The notes beneath the pieces are model-generated. The model ran no database searches. It saw only the letters and a list, made by a program, of their open reading frames with translations, and was not told the origin of the DNA. From Aeromicrobium sp. (GTDB lineage Bacteria; Actinomycetota; Actinomycetes; Propionibacteriales; Nocardioidaceae), in the NCBI GenBank assembly GCA_023254755.1, contig JALRKU010000385.1, positions 1-33,260 on the forward strand: a stretch of 33,260 bases of DNA. The letters run 5' to 3'. Made by a program: the position numbers and the translations under genes. This document shows positions 1-9,150 of this stretch, piece after piece (position 1 is the stretch's first letter; every line of letters begins with the position of its first letter).

Positions 1-13
1 GCAGACTGTCTCC

Positions 14-475
14 ATGCCGCACCCGGAGGATCGCCCGTCGCGAGGATGGGTGGGACGTGGTGCCACGAAGCAGCGCTGGTGGCGCGAAGTACCCGGACTG
101 GCACTGCTTGTGGGGTGGTGGACCCTGAGCTGGGCGCTCACCGAGGACCGCGGAGCGGTGTGGCCGATCGTCGTCTCGTGGGGCCTGTTCGTCGTGGCAC
201 TCCTTGTCGCCTACCTGCAGCGGCACCAGCAGCCGTACGAGAGGCTGCGCAGCTTCGAGCGCTGGTCGGTGCCCGCGTGGAGCGCGGCCGGCGGAGTGCT
301 CGGCGCGGGCGCCGGCGGATTGATCCTCGTGTTCATGAGCGACAGGGCCGAGGCGGTCGCCTGGGCGATCGCGTGCGTGGTCCTCGGTGCCGTGTTCGGC
401 GGCCTCCAGGCTCGCGATCACAACGAGAACCTCCGCGCGTACCTCCAGGCGAGGGCGGAGCAGAAGCGCTCCTGA
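14..475 (+). CDS. Hypothetical integral membrane protein (about 4 TM helices)
   Basis: 153-aa ORF with four hydrophobic stretches; CAGACT -10-like hexamer 6 nt before the ATG; ends just before a shared terminator hairpin. Confidence 0.7.
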   Translation: MPHPEDRPSRGWVGRGATKQRWWREVPGLALLVGWWTLSWALTEDRGAVWPIVVSWGLFVVALLVAYLQRHQQPYERLRSFERWSVPAWSAAGGVLGAGAGGLILVFMSDRAEAVAWAIACVVLGAVFGGLQARDHNENLRAYLQARAEQKRS

Positions 476-490
476 CGCTCCCGAGACGAC

Positions 491-526
491 GAAGCGGCCC
501 GTCACCTCTGGGTGACGGGCCGCTTC
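491..526. terminator. Bidirectional terminator-like hairpin between convergent genes
   Basis: Perfect 16-bp inverted repeat GAAGCGGCCCGTCACC-tctg-GGTGACGGGCCGCTTC, followed by TTCTCT on the + strand. Confidence 0.8.
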
Positions 527-536
527 TTCTCTGGGT

Positions 537-740
537 TCAGAGCGCGCGGATGTTCGCGGCCTGCAGGCCCTTCTGGCCCTGCTCGACGTCGAACTCGACC
601 TTCTGGCCCTCGTCGAGGTTGCGGAAGCCGGAGCCGGCGATCGCGCTGAAGTGCGCGAACACGTCGTCTCCACCCTCGTCGGGAGCGATGAAGCCGAAGC
701 CCTTCTCGCCGTTGAACCACTTCACGGTTCCGGTAGCCAT
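537..740 (-). CDS. cspA: Cold-shock protein (CspA family), 67 aa
   Basis: [18 protein letters not shown] (RNP1), DVFAHFSAI (RNP2), ends [10 protein letters not shown]; AGGAGG Shine-Dalgarno upstream of the ATG at 740. Confidence 0.97.
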   Translation of the reverse strand: MATGTVKWFNGEKGFGFIAPDEGGDDVFAHFSAIAGSGFRNLDEGQKVEFDVEQGQKGLQAANIRAL

Positions 741-875
741 GTCTGCCTCCTGATGGTTGATGCGCTCGCACGGATTGCGGGCGACGGGGTCGCGACGCAC
801 ATCAAACGAGGAACACTTACGGCCGAGGCCGATCGAGCACAGGTACAACAGACGTCTACAACTGCGACCATCTTA
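741..875 (-). promoter_or_regulatory. cspA promoter (-10 TAAGAT) and ~120-nt structured 5' UTR
   Basis: TAAGAT on the minus strand at 870-875; the UTR has a TTGATGTGC...GCGCATCAA stem just upstream of the SD; long UTRs are typical of cold-inducible csp genes. Confidence 0.5.
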
Positions 876-1013
876 CCCGAGCGCGACGACACCTCATGCC
901 ACCAGCCTGGCACTCGTGTCCGTCGACCTGCGGTCGCGTCGTGGTCCTGAGCCTCAGCCGCCCATCGCGGGACCGAGCAGGTGCTCCAGGTCGGCGTCGG
1001 TGTCGCCGAGTCC

Positions 1014-2354
1014 CTAGCCGCGAAGGGGTGCCGGCACCCGGTCGAGGCCCAGGTGCTCGCGCAGCGTCGACCCCGTGTAGCGCTCGCGGAACAGGCCGCG
1101 GCGGCGCAGCTCGGGCACGACCGCGTCGACGAAGTCGTCGAAGCCGCCGGGCGACTGGCCGACCGACAGGATGAAGCCGTCGGCCTGGTCGCCGGGAGCG
1201 AAGATCTCCTCGATCTGGTCGGCGACCTGCTCGGCGGTGCCGACGAGCTGCGGCAGGAGCACGCCCTGAGCGTAGAGCTTGCCGATGTCGCGCAGCGTGA
1301 GGCTGTCGCGGTCGGTGAGCCGCTTCGCCAGGTCGAACAGGCCCTGGCTGCCACCGACCGTCACCTGCTCCACCGGGCCGTCGAGGTCGTACTGGCTGAA
1401 GTCGTGGTCGGTGTGGACCGACAGAGTGTGCAGGCCCGAGACCGGGTCGGCCAGCTCGTTGTGGAACGCCTGCTTCTCCCGCGCGATCGACTCGGTCTCG
1501 CCGATGAAGGGGATGAACGACGGGAACACCTTGACGAGGTCGGGATCGCGGCCGGCGTCGGACGCGAGGCTCTTGATGCTGTCGTAGTAGGCGCGGCGGC
1601 CCTCGGGCGTCGGGTCGATCTCGAAGATCGCGTCGGCCCAGCGTGCCGCGAAGGCCTTGCCCTTGCCCGACGAACCTGCCTGGATCAGCACCGGACGACC
1701 CTGCGGCGAGTGCGGCACCGGCAGCGGACCCTGGGACTTGTAGAAGAGTCCGTCGTGGTTGGTCGTGTGTACCTTCGACGGGTCGGCGAAGACGCCGGTG
1801 CGCTTGTCCTGCACCAGGGCGTCCGGCTCCCAGCTGTTCCACAGGGCGACGGCCGCCTCGACGAACTCCTGGGCGCGGTCGTAGCGCAGGTCGTGGTCGA
1901 GCGCCTGCTCGAGACCGAAGTTCCGCGCCTCGGCGCTGCTCAGCGAGGTCACGATGTTCCAGGCGACGCGGCCCTGGGTGACGTGGTCGAGGCTCCCGAA
2001 GATGCGCGCCACCTCGAACGGGTGGAAGTACGTCGTGCTCTTCGTGATCGCGACGCCGAGATGGGTCGTGACCGCCGCGATGCTGGCCGCGACGATGCTC
2101 GGGTCGATCGTGGCGGCGGCCTGCGTGCCCCTGCGCAGCGCCTCGTCGGGCGACCCGCCGTAGTTGGTCGGCGTCGCCAGGAGGTCGGCGAAGAAGACGA
2201 AGTCGAACGTGCCGCGCTCCAGGGTGCGGCCGACACGGTGCCAGTACTGCGGCGTCAGGAAGCCGGGGTCGCTGGAGGGGTGCCGCCAGGCGGCGTGCGA
2301 GTGGGTCACGTTCGAGGCGATGTTGAATCCGCCGAGGTGGAGCTGTCGGGTCAT
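1014..2354 (-). CDS. LLM-class FMN-dependent monooxygenase (NtaA/DmoA/SnaA/DszA family)
   Basis: MTRQLHLGGF...HSHAAWRHP, FDFVFFAD, LDHVTQGRVAWNIVTS, PQGRPVLIQAGSS, VPELRRRGLFRERYTGSTLREHLG; start taken at the ATG at 2354 after a GGACAGGA SD-like site. Confidence 0.92.
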   Translation of the reverse strand: MTRQLHLGGFNIASNVTHSHAAWRHPSSDPGFLTPQYWHRVGRTLERGTFDFVFFADLLATPTNYGGSPDEALRRGTQAAATIDPSIVAASIAAVTTHLGVAITKSTTYFHPFEVARIFGSLDHVTQGRVAWNIVTSLSSAEARNFGLEQALDHDLRYDRAQEFVEAAVALWNSWEPDALVQDKRTGVFADPSKVHTTNHDGLFYKSQGPLPVPHSPQGRPVLIQAGSSGKGKAFAARWADAIFEIDPTPEGRRAYYDSIKSLASDAGRDPDLVKVFPSFIPFIGETESIAREKQAFHNELADPVSGLHTLSVHTDHDFSQYDLDGPVEQVTVGGSQGLFDLAKRLTDRDSLTLRDIGKLYAQGVLLPQLVGTAEQVADQIEEIFAPGDQADGFILSVGQSPGGFDDFVDAVVPELRRRGLFRERYTGSTLREHLGLDRVPAPLRG

Positions 2355-2630
2355 GTCGGGGTCCTGTCCGAGGAGGTGTGATCGCCTCCCGGACGCTAGA
2401 AGCAGGCGCCCGGAGCGCCTCGGCCGTCTTGCGGGCCAAGACGTCCGAGGCCGATCGGTCGGCCCGTGGCATCCTGCCTGCCCTCCAATCGGTGGACAGG
2501 TCGTCTCTTTTCGCCCCGCGCGAGGCGCAAATGCCCTAGGATCGCAGCCGACACGACGTCTCGGTCGCGCCCTCGGCCGGCCACCAGCCGTCGGCGTCGT
2601 CCGCCACATCACTCCCCCTGCCAGGTGCCC

Positions 2631-2903
2631 ATGACCGCATCGCTGAACGACCACATGCGCGACCTGACCAGTCGTCTCGACGGCTGGCTGACCGAGCTGC
2701 CCGCTGCGGAGCGCATCGATCCCCTGACCGATCTGCGGTCGGCGATCGCCGAGCTCGACGCCCTCGTCAAGCGGATCCGCCGCGACACGCTGGTCGAGCT
2801 GGTCGACCAGCACGGCGTCGACAGCGTCGCCGCGTCCTTCGACGTCACCACGGACCGCTTGCTCGAGGTGATCGCCACCCCGATCCGGCGCCTCCGGGCC
2901 TGA
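2631..2903 (+). CDS. Small hypothetical helical protein (90 aa), possible C-terminal HTH
   Basis: MTASLNDHMRDL...VDSVAASFDVTTDRLLEVIA; strong GC3 codon bias; CAGGTG SD-like site before the ATG. Confidence 0.7.
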   Translation: MTASLNDHMRDLTSRLDGWLTELPAAERIDPLTDLRSAIAELDALVKRIRRDTLVELVDQHGVDSVAASFDVTTDRLLEVIATPIRRLRA

Positions 2904-2973
2904 CCCGGACGCGCCCGCGACGGTCCCCAGCGGCCGCGTCACCCGTGTCGGTGCGTCGGCCCTTCCGCCACGT

Positions 2974-4347
2974 TCAGGAGCAGAGGTCGTCGTCGGCGTG
3001 ACGACTGGTGGCCTCGACGGGTTCTCCGTCGACCGGCTCGAGGCCCTTGCTCACCCGGTCGGTGCCGATGATGAGCCACACACCGTCGATCTGGGAGCCC
3101 TGGTTCACGATCTCGGCCTTGAAGCCGAAGTCCTTGTTGAGCGCCTTGGCCGTCGCGATCGACTCGTCGGAGCCGTCGACGAAGATGCGGGTGACGCCGG
3201 ACTGCTGCTCGGCGTCGGCCAGCTCCGCGACCGTGTAGTCCAGCGCCTGCAGCTCGCGCTGCGCGGTCGTCGCCAGGCCCGGGGTCCGGGCCGCGTTGAG
3301 CACCCTGATCGGGCTCGAGGGCTCGGCGTCGTCGCCCGCCAGCCGCGGAGCGCGGTCCTTCGCGATGGCCTTGAACACCGTCGTGGCCGCCTCGGTGGGC
3401 ACGACCCGGTTGGGATCGGTGGGCGCGGCCGCCGACGGCATCGCGATGAAGGTGATGTTCTTGGTGTCGACCGACCGGGCCCGCTGCGCCAGCTTGGTCA
3501 GCTCCCTGATCGACGAGATGCCCTCGTCGACCGTGATCGACTTCGTGACCGCGCTCAGGAACCTGTAGAGCTTGTCGGGACGCGTGAGGACGCTGGTGGA
3601 CTTGGCGCGGTGGATGATCGCCGACATCACCATCTGCTGGTGGCCGATGCGGCCGATGTCGCTGCCGTCGCCGACGGCGTGGCGCGTGCGAGCCAGCGCC
3701 AGCGCGTCCTTGCCGTCGAGCTTCTGCTTGCCCGCCGGCAAGTCGAGCTTGGCGTAGGAGTCCTGCAGCGGCTCGGGCAGGCAGACGCCCACGCCGCCGA
3801 GCGCATTGACCATCGACGCGAAGCCGTCGAAGTCGAGCTCGACGAAGTGGTCGATGTGCACCCCGCTGAGCTGCTCGACCGTGCGCACGGAGCACGACTG
3901 ACCGAACTGCAGTGCCGAGTTGATCTGGCCGTAGCCGCCCCCGAAGGCGCCGTCGCCGGTGTCGGGGCACGACGGCATGTCGAGCATCGTGTCGCGCGGG
4001 ATCTGCACGGCGTCGATGCGCGTGTTGCCCTTCGAGAAGTGCACCAGCATCAGCGAATCGCTGCGACGGGTGCCGTTGCCCTTGCCGTAGCCGTCGCCAC
4101 TCTTGAGGTCACGCGAGTCCGAGCCGATGAACAGGATGTTCATCGCACCCTTGGGGGTGTCGTCGGCCGCCACGTGGGGTGCGAGCTTCTTGCTGGTGAT
4201 GTTGGCGTCGAGCTTGTAGTACGCCGCCGCCGCGACGACGCCCACCAGTGCGAGCAGGACGCCGAGCACGATCGCGGCGCGACGCGCCCATCGACGACCC
4301 GTGCGCGGGCTGCGTCGGTGGCTCGTGGCAGGGTCGGTCGCGGTCAC
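2974..4347 (-). CDS. LCP (LytR-CpsA-Psr) family cell-wall glycopolymer transferase with LytR_C domain
   Basis: N-terminal TM anchor; NILFIGSDSR, RSDSLMLVH, IPRDT, ALALARTRH, SDIGRIGHQQ; C-terminal IRVLNAARTPGLA...LIIGTD. Confidence 0.93.
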   Translation of the reverse strand: MTATDPATSHRRSPRTGRRWARRAAIVLGVLLALVGVVAAAAYYKLDANITSKKLAPHVAADDTPKGAMNILFIGSDSRDLKSGDGYGKGNGTRRSDSLMLVHFSKGNTRIDAVQIPRDTMLDMPSCPDTGDGAFGGGYGQINSALQFGQSCSVRTVEQLSGVHIDHFVELDFDGFASMVNALGGVGVCLPEPLQDSYAKLDLPAGKQKLDGKDALALARTRHAVGDGSDIGRIGHQQMVMSAIIHRAKSTSVLTRPDKLYRFLSAVTKSITVDEGISSIRELTKLAQRARSVDTKNITFIAMPSAAAPTDPNRVVPTEAATTVFKAIAKDRAPRLAGDDAEPSSPIRVLNAARTPGLATTAQRELQALDYTVAELADAEQQSGVTRIFVDGSDESIATAKALNKDFGFKAEIVNQGSQIDGVWLIIGTDRVSKGLEPVDGEPVEATSRHADDDLCS

Positions 4348-4453
4348 CCGCTGGCTCCTCAGGTCGGGGGTCGTGGGTGTCCCACGGGATGCATCCCCAC
4401 GACGTTACCGGCCAACCCTGAGAATCGCCCGTGAGACCAGCGTGATGTGCGGC

Positions 4454-5449
4454 TCACGCACGACGGAGCATGCGCAGCACCGACTTCTCCAGCGTCCGGT
4501 TGACCGCCGCACCGGGTCGGACCCCTCGATAGGAGCCCGGCACCGTGATGCCGTCCTCGAACAGGTCGATCACCCGGGGATCGACGTACGACGACCTCGC
4601 GACGGCGGGTGTGTTGCCCAGGTGCTCGGAGACCACGCGCATCGCGGCCGCCACCGACCTCTTGCGTGCCGTCGGCGTGTGGGCGTCGGCGCCGGCCATG
4701 CTCCACGCGGCGACGACGTTGGCCCGCCAGGTGCGGAAGTCCTTCGCGGTGAAGTCGCCCTCCAGAGTCTCCCGCACGTAGGCGTTGACGTCCTCGGCCG
4801 TGAGCGGGCGCCACGACCGACCGATCCGGTAGGAGAGCAGCCGGTCGCCACCGCTGCGGCGCGCACGCAGCCGCGACATCACCTCGACGACGCGGGCGTC
4901 GCGGACCGTCACCTCCACCTCCTGACCCGACTTCGCGACGTACGAGAACTCCAGCCCCCTGCCGTGGGGACGGACGTGCGACTTCTCCAGGGTCGTGAGC
5001 CCGTAGCTGCCGTTGTCGTCGGCGTAGCGGTCGCTGCCGATCCGGAACATGCCGAGGTCCAGCAGCCCGAAGGTCGCAGCGGCGACGGTCGTCAGGTCGA
5101 GCTCGCCGCCGGCCAGGTCGCGACGTGCACGACCACGGTGCCGGATGAGTGCCTTCGCGAACTGCTCCATGTGCTCGTACTTCTCGACGTCGCGCTGCAC
5201 CCGCCAGTCCGGGTGGTAGAGGTACTGGCGCCGACCGGCCGCGTCGGTGCCCACGGCCTGGAGGTGACCGTTCGGCAGCGGACAGATCCACACGTCGGTC
5301 CACGCCGGCGGGATGACCAGCTCCTTGACCCGCACCACGTCGAGGTCCTCCAGTGCCTGACCGGTGTGGTCGACGTAGCTGAACCCTCGACCACGGCGCA
5401 GTCGGCGCCACCCCGGCATCGTGGGGGTGACACGCCGGAGTCGGACCAT
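4454..5449 (-). CDS. DNA topoisomerase IB (bacterial, poxvirus-like)
   Basis: IPPAWTDVWIC, GHLQAVGTDAAGRRQYLYH; catalytic FRIG (R), AKSG (K), KDFRTW (R), LGNT and SSY (Tyr nucleophile). Confidence 0.93.
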   Translation of the reverse strand: MVRLRRVTPTMPGWRRLRRGRGFSYVDHTGQALEDLDVVRVKELVIPPAWTDVWICPLPNGHLQAVGTDAAGRRQYLYHPDWRVQRDVEKYEHMEQFAKALIRHRGRARRDLAGGELDLTTVAAATFGLLDLGMFRIGSDRYADDNGSYGLTTLEKSHVRPHGRGLEFSYVAKSGQEVEVTVRDARVVEVMSRLRARRSGGDRLLSYRIGRSWRPLTAEDVNAYVRETLEGDFTAKDFRTWRANVVAAWSMAGADAHTPTARKRSVAAAMRVVSEHLGNTPAVARSSYVDPRVIDLFEDGITVPGSYRGVRPGAAVNRTLEKSVLRMLRRA

Positions 5450-5621
5450 GCACGGTAGGTAACCGCCACGGTGCCGGATATGCGCGTCGTCACCGTCCAG
5501 CGCGGCAGGCCCCGGGTCGAGGACGTCTCGAGCCTCGTCCCCACCAGGATGTCGTCGCCTCGAACGGAATCACGGTCGCGCTGCGCTTTCGGTGAACCAG
5601 CCCATCCTCCACAATAAAGAC

Positions 5622-6563
5622 ATGATCTCTGACCCCGTGGCCGAGGGCGCCGACGCGTTCTCGGCCGCGGCGCGCGCGGTCGTCGACTACCTCAACCAGA
5701 ACACCCCGCTCAGCGACTGGTCCGTCTCCCGCATCGCCGGTGGCGAGCAGGTGCACGTGCACGTCCACCACGAGCAGTTCCTCGAGGTCGGCACCCGGGT
5801 GCCGTGGGACGAGACCTTCTGTCGCCAGATGACCACGACGGGCAAGCACGTCGTCACCGACTCGGCGCAGCATCCCGAGCTCGCCTGCCTTCCTGCGTCG
5901 GCGGACGTGCGGGCCTACGTCGGGTTCCCGATCACCGACGACGACGGGGCCCTGTTCGGCACGTTGTGCGGCGTCGACTCCCGCCCGCTGGCCGGCGCGG
6001 ACGACGTCGACGCCGAGCTGGTGCGCCTCCTCAGCACGCTGCTGTCCTCGCATCTCGCCACCGCACGATCGGCCGACCGCGAGCGCCGCGCCGCGCAGAT
6101 CACCGCGGCGCTGGCCGACGTCGACGCCCTCACCGGGCTGATGAACCGTCGGGGCTGGGACACCGTCGTCGCCGACGCCCAGCAGCGCATCGACGCGTTC
6201 GGCGACCTGGTGGCGGTCGCGGTGGTCGACCTCGACGGACTGAAGTCGGTCAACGACACCCAGGGCCACACCGCCGGCGACGCGCTGCTGCGCCGGGCCG
6301 CCGAGGCGCTCGCGGCCGCCGAGTCCGAGGGGGACCGGGTCGCCCGCCTCGGCGGTGACGAGTTCACGATCCTCACCAACAACGTCGGCGTCGCCGACCT
6401 GCCGGCGCACTTCGGCCGCTTCGACGCCCAGCTGGCGGAGCGCGGCGTCGCGGCCTCGATCGGCCACGCGTTCACCGGCCCCGGCGAGCTGTCGGTCGCC
6501 GAGGCCTTCCGACGCGCCGACGCGGCGATGTACGAGGCGAAGCGGGCCCGCCGCGCGAGCTGA
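5622..6563 (+). CDS. GAF-GGDEF diguanylate cyclase
   Basis: GAF domain (ETFC, YVGFPI...GTLCGVD), then DALTGLMNRR, DLDGLKSVNDTQGHTAGD, RLGGDEF. ATG 5622 lies 6 nt after CACAAT; alternative GTG at 5592. Confidence 0.92.
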   Translation: MISDPVAEGADAFSAAARAVVDYLNQNTPLSDWSVSRIAGGEQVHVHVHHEQFLEVGTRVPWDETFCRQMTTTGKHVVTDSAQHPELACLPASADVRAYVGFPITDDDGALFGTLCGVDSRPLAGADDVDAELVRLLSTLLSSHLATARSADRERRAAQITAALADVDALTGLMNRRGWDTVVADAQQRIDAFGDLVAVAVVDLDGLKSVNDTQGHTAGDALLRRAAEALAAAESEGDRVARLGGDEFTILTNNVGVADLPAHFGRFDAQLAERGVAASIGHAFTGPGELSVAEAFRRADAAMYEAKRARRAS

Positions 6564-6567
6564 CCGC

Positions 6568-7668
6568 CTACGGGCTCGCGGCGAGGAAGACGAAGGCCGC
6601 GAGGATCGAGAGGTGGATGCCGCCCTGCAGCACGGTGGCGCGGCCGGGCACGACGGTGAGCACGCCCGTGAGCGCCGTGAGCGCCAGCAGCACCATCTCG
6701 GTCGCGCCGAGGCCCAGCACGAGCGGGCCGTCGAGCCAGATCTGAGCGATCGCGATGACCGGGATCGTCAGGCCGATGCTGGCCATCGCCGACCCGTACG
6801 CCAGGTTGAGGCTGACCTGCACGCGGCGCCGGCGCGCGGCGCGGACCGCGGCGATCGTCTCGGGCAGCAGGATCAGCAGCGCGATCAGGACGCCGACGAC
6901 CGACTGCGGGAGGTCGGCCGCGGCGACCGCGTCCTCCATCGCCGGCGACACGGTCTTGGCGTCGCCGACGACGGCGACCAGGGCGACGAGCAGCAGCACC
7001 AGGCTGAAGACCGCCTCGCGGTTCGACGGAGGGTCGGCGTGCCAGTCCTCGGTGTCGGGTCCGCCGTCGGGCCTGGGCAGGAAGTAGTCGCGGTGGCGAC
7101 GCGTCTGCATCGCCACGAACAGGGCGTACAGGCCGAACGAGGCGACCGCGGCGAAGGCGAGCTGGCCGGGCGTGAACTCCGGTCCGCTGCGCCCCTGCGT
7201 GAACGTGGGCAGCACCAGGCACAGGGTCGCGACCGTGACGACGGCACCGAGCGCGCTGCCCGCTCCCTCGGCATTGAACACCGGCGCCCGGCCGCCCCGG
7301 CTGGCGAACAGCAGCGAGAGGCCGACGATGCCGTTGCAGGTGATCATGATCGCCGCGAACACCGTGTCGCGGGCCAACGAGTCGGCACCCTTGGCACCCG
7401 TCGTGACCAGCGTGACGATCAGCGCGACCTCGATGACGGTGACCGCGACGGCGAGCACGAGCGAGCCGAACGGCTCACCGACGCGGTGGGCGATGACCTC
7501 GGCGTGGTGCACGGCCGCCAGCACAGCACCGGCGAGCAGTGCCGCCACCAGGACCAGCAGGATCCCGTCGGGATCACTGCCCCACGTGAAGACCATGACC
7601 GCCAACGCGAGGAGGGGCACCGACGTCGTCCAACGAGCGAGATGGACGGCGGCCGGTGTGGTCGTCAT
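6568..7668 (-). CDS. Ca2+/H+ antiporter (ChaA/CaCA, y4hA-like)
   Basis: HHAEVIAHRVGEPFGSLVLAVAVTVIE and LILLPE...SLNLAYGSAMASIGLTIP alpha-repeat motifs; about 10 TM helices. Confidence 0.9.
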   Translation of the reverse strand: MTTTPAAVHLARWTTSVPLLALAVMVFTWGSDPDGILLVLVAALLAGAVLAAVHHAEVIAHRVGEPFGSLVLAVAVTVIEVALIVTLVTTGAKGADSLARDTVFAAIMITCNGIVGLSLLFASRGGRAPVFNAEGAGSALGAVVTVATLCLVLPTFTQGRSGPEFTPGQLAFAAVASFGLYALFVAMQTRRHRDYFLPRPDGGPDTEDWHADPPSNREAVFSLVLLLVALVAVVGDAKTVSPAMEDAVAAADLPQSVVGVLIALLILLPETIAAVRAARRRRVQVSLNLAYGSAMASIGLTIPVIAIAQIWLDGPLVLGLGATEMVLLALTALTGVLTVVPGRATVLQGGIHLSILAAFVFLAASP

Positions 7669-7750
7669 GGGTCCAGTGTCCCAGAGACTTCGATGCCGAT
7701 CGAATCCGTCGACCCCGGACACCGTGCGGTCGACTGCGTACGCTGGTGAC

Positions 7751-8698
7751 ATGACGACGGTCGAGGTGCTCAGCGCCCGCGACGTGCCACTCGGAGGCCT
7801 GCGGGCCATGACCGTCCGGCGGTCGCTCCCGCAGAAGGCCCGCACCCTGATCGGCGCGTGGTGCTTCGCCGACCACTACGGCCCCGACGACGTCGCCGCG
7901 TCCGGCGGCATGGACGTGCCGCCGCACCCGCACACCGGGCTGCAGACCGTCAGCTGGCTGTTCTCCGGCGAGATCGAGCACCGCGACAGCCTCGGCGTCC
8001 ACGAGCTGGTCCGTCCCGGCGAGGTGAACCTGATGACCGGCGGCCGAGGCATCTGCCACTCCGAGGTGTCGACGCCCTCGACCACCGTGCTGCACGGCGT
8101 CCAGCTGTGGGTCGCCCTGCCCGGCGAGCACCGCGACGCGCCGCGCGACTTCCAGCACCACGCCCCCGAGCCGGTCGCGCTCGACGGCGCCACGGTGCGG
8201 GTCTTCCTGGGCTCGCTCGCCGGATCCACGTCGCCGGTCGCGACGTTCACCCCGCTGCTCGGCGCCGAGCTCGTGCTCGAGCCGGGCGCGTCACTGACCC
8301 TCGACGTCGACCCCTCGTTCGAGCACGGCGTGCTCGTCGACGGAGCCTCCGCCGAGGTCGACGGCGCACCGGTCGAGCGCGGCGCGATCGCCTACGTCGC
8401 GCCGGGCGCCACCACGCTCACCGTCCGCAACCCGCTCGAGCAGACCCAGCGCCTCGTCCTCATCGGCGGACCGCCGTTCGGCGAGGAGATCGTCATGTGG
8501 TGGAACTTCGTCGGGCCGGACCACGACACCGTCGTCCGCTTCCGCGAGGAGTGGGAGGCGTACTCCGAGCGGTTCGGCGCGGTCGAGGGATACGTCGGCC
8601 AGGTCGACCGCATCCCCGCGCCCGCGCTCCCCAACGCCCGACTCCGTCCACGCGGCAACCCGCCCGTCGAACCCCAGCTGCTCCAGGAGACCCCGTGA
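7751..8698 (+). CDS. Pirin family (bicupin) protein
   Basis: IGAWCFADHYGP, PHPHTGLQTVSWLFSGEIEHRDSLG, GICHSE, WWNFV; ATG 6 nt after TACGCT. Confidence 0.93.
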   Translation: MTTVEVLSARDVPLGGLRAMTVRRSLPQKARTLIGAWCFADHYGPDDVAASGGMDVPPHPHTGLQTVSWLFSGEIEHRDSLGVHELVRPGEVNLMTGGRGICHSEVSTPSTTVLHGVQLWVALPGEHRDAPRDFQHHAPEPVALDGATVRVFLGSLAGSTSPVATFTPLLGAELVLEPGASLTLDVDPSFEHGVLVDGASAEVDGAPVERGAIAYVAPGATTLTVRNPLEQTQRLVLIGGPPFGEEIVMWWNFVGPDHDTVVRFREEWEAYSERFGAVEGYVGQVDRIPAPALPNARLRPRGNPPVEPQLLQETP

Positions 8699-8985
8699 CC
8701 GACGAGACCACCACCGTCCGCCAGGACGGCCAGCGCTTCGTGATCAGCGTCGACGGCGTCGACGCCGGCTTCACCGAGTTCCGCGACCACGAGGGCGAGC
8801 GGGTCTTCCTGCACACCGAGCTCGACGACGCCTTCTCCGGCCGCGGGCTGAGCGGCATCCTGGTCCAGCAGGCGCTCGACGCGACCCGCGACGCCGGGCT
8901 GCGGATCGTGCCCGTGTGCCCGCTGATCGCCCACTGGCTCACCAAGCACCACGACTTCGACGACATCGTCGACCTGCCCGCCTGA
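8695..8985 (+). CDS. Small GNAT N-acetyltransferase (YjdJ-like)
   Basis: GTGA overlap with the pirin stop; FLHTE, FSGRGL, IVPVCPLIAHWL. Confidence 0.88.
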   Translation: MTDETTTVRQDGQRFVISVDGVDAGFTEFRDHEGERVFLHTELDDAFSGRGLSGILVQQALDATRDAGLRIVPVCPLIAHWLTKHHDFDDIVDLPA

Positions 8986-9150
8986 CGGGCGGTGGCGCGG
9001 CGAGTCCCTCGGCTCACCAGCGCCTGACCGCACTCGTCGCTGCGCTCCTCGGCCGGCGACCGGTGACAGCGCCAGGCTGGGTCGCCAGGCGCCGAGCCCC
9101 CACCGGCCTGGACGTGGTCCAGGTCACGACGCGACCGCTACGGTGGGCCG

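Noticed and set aside
2355-2520. SAM-I/SAM-IV, FMN riboswitch or poly-Cys leader peptide upstream of the monooxygenase
   Set aside because: I could not find the conserved cores or a Cys-rich short ORF; kept only as an unassigned structured leader.
8986-9150. Intergenic stretch with weak similarity to 26814-26935 and short inverted repeats
   Set aside because: Similarity is patchy and GC-driven; I cannot define a repeat unit without alignment tools.
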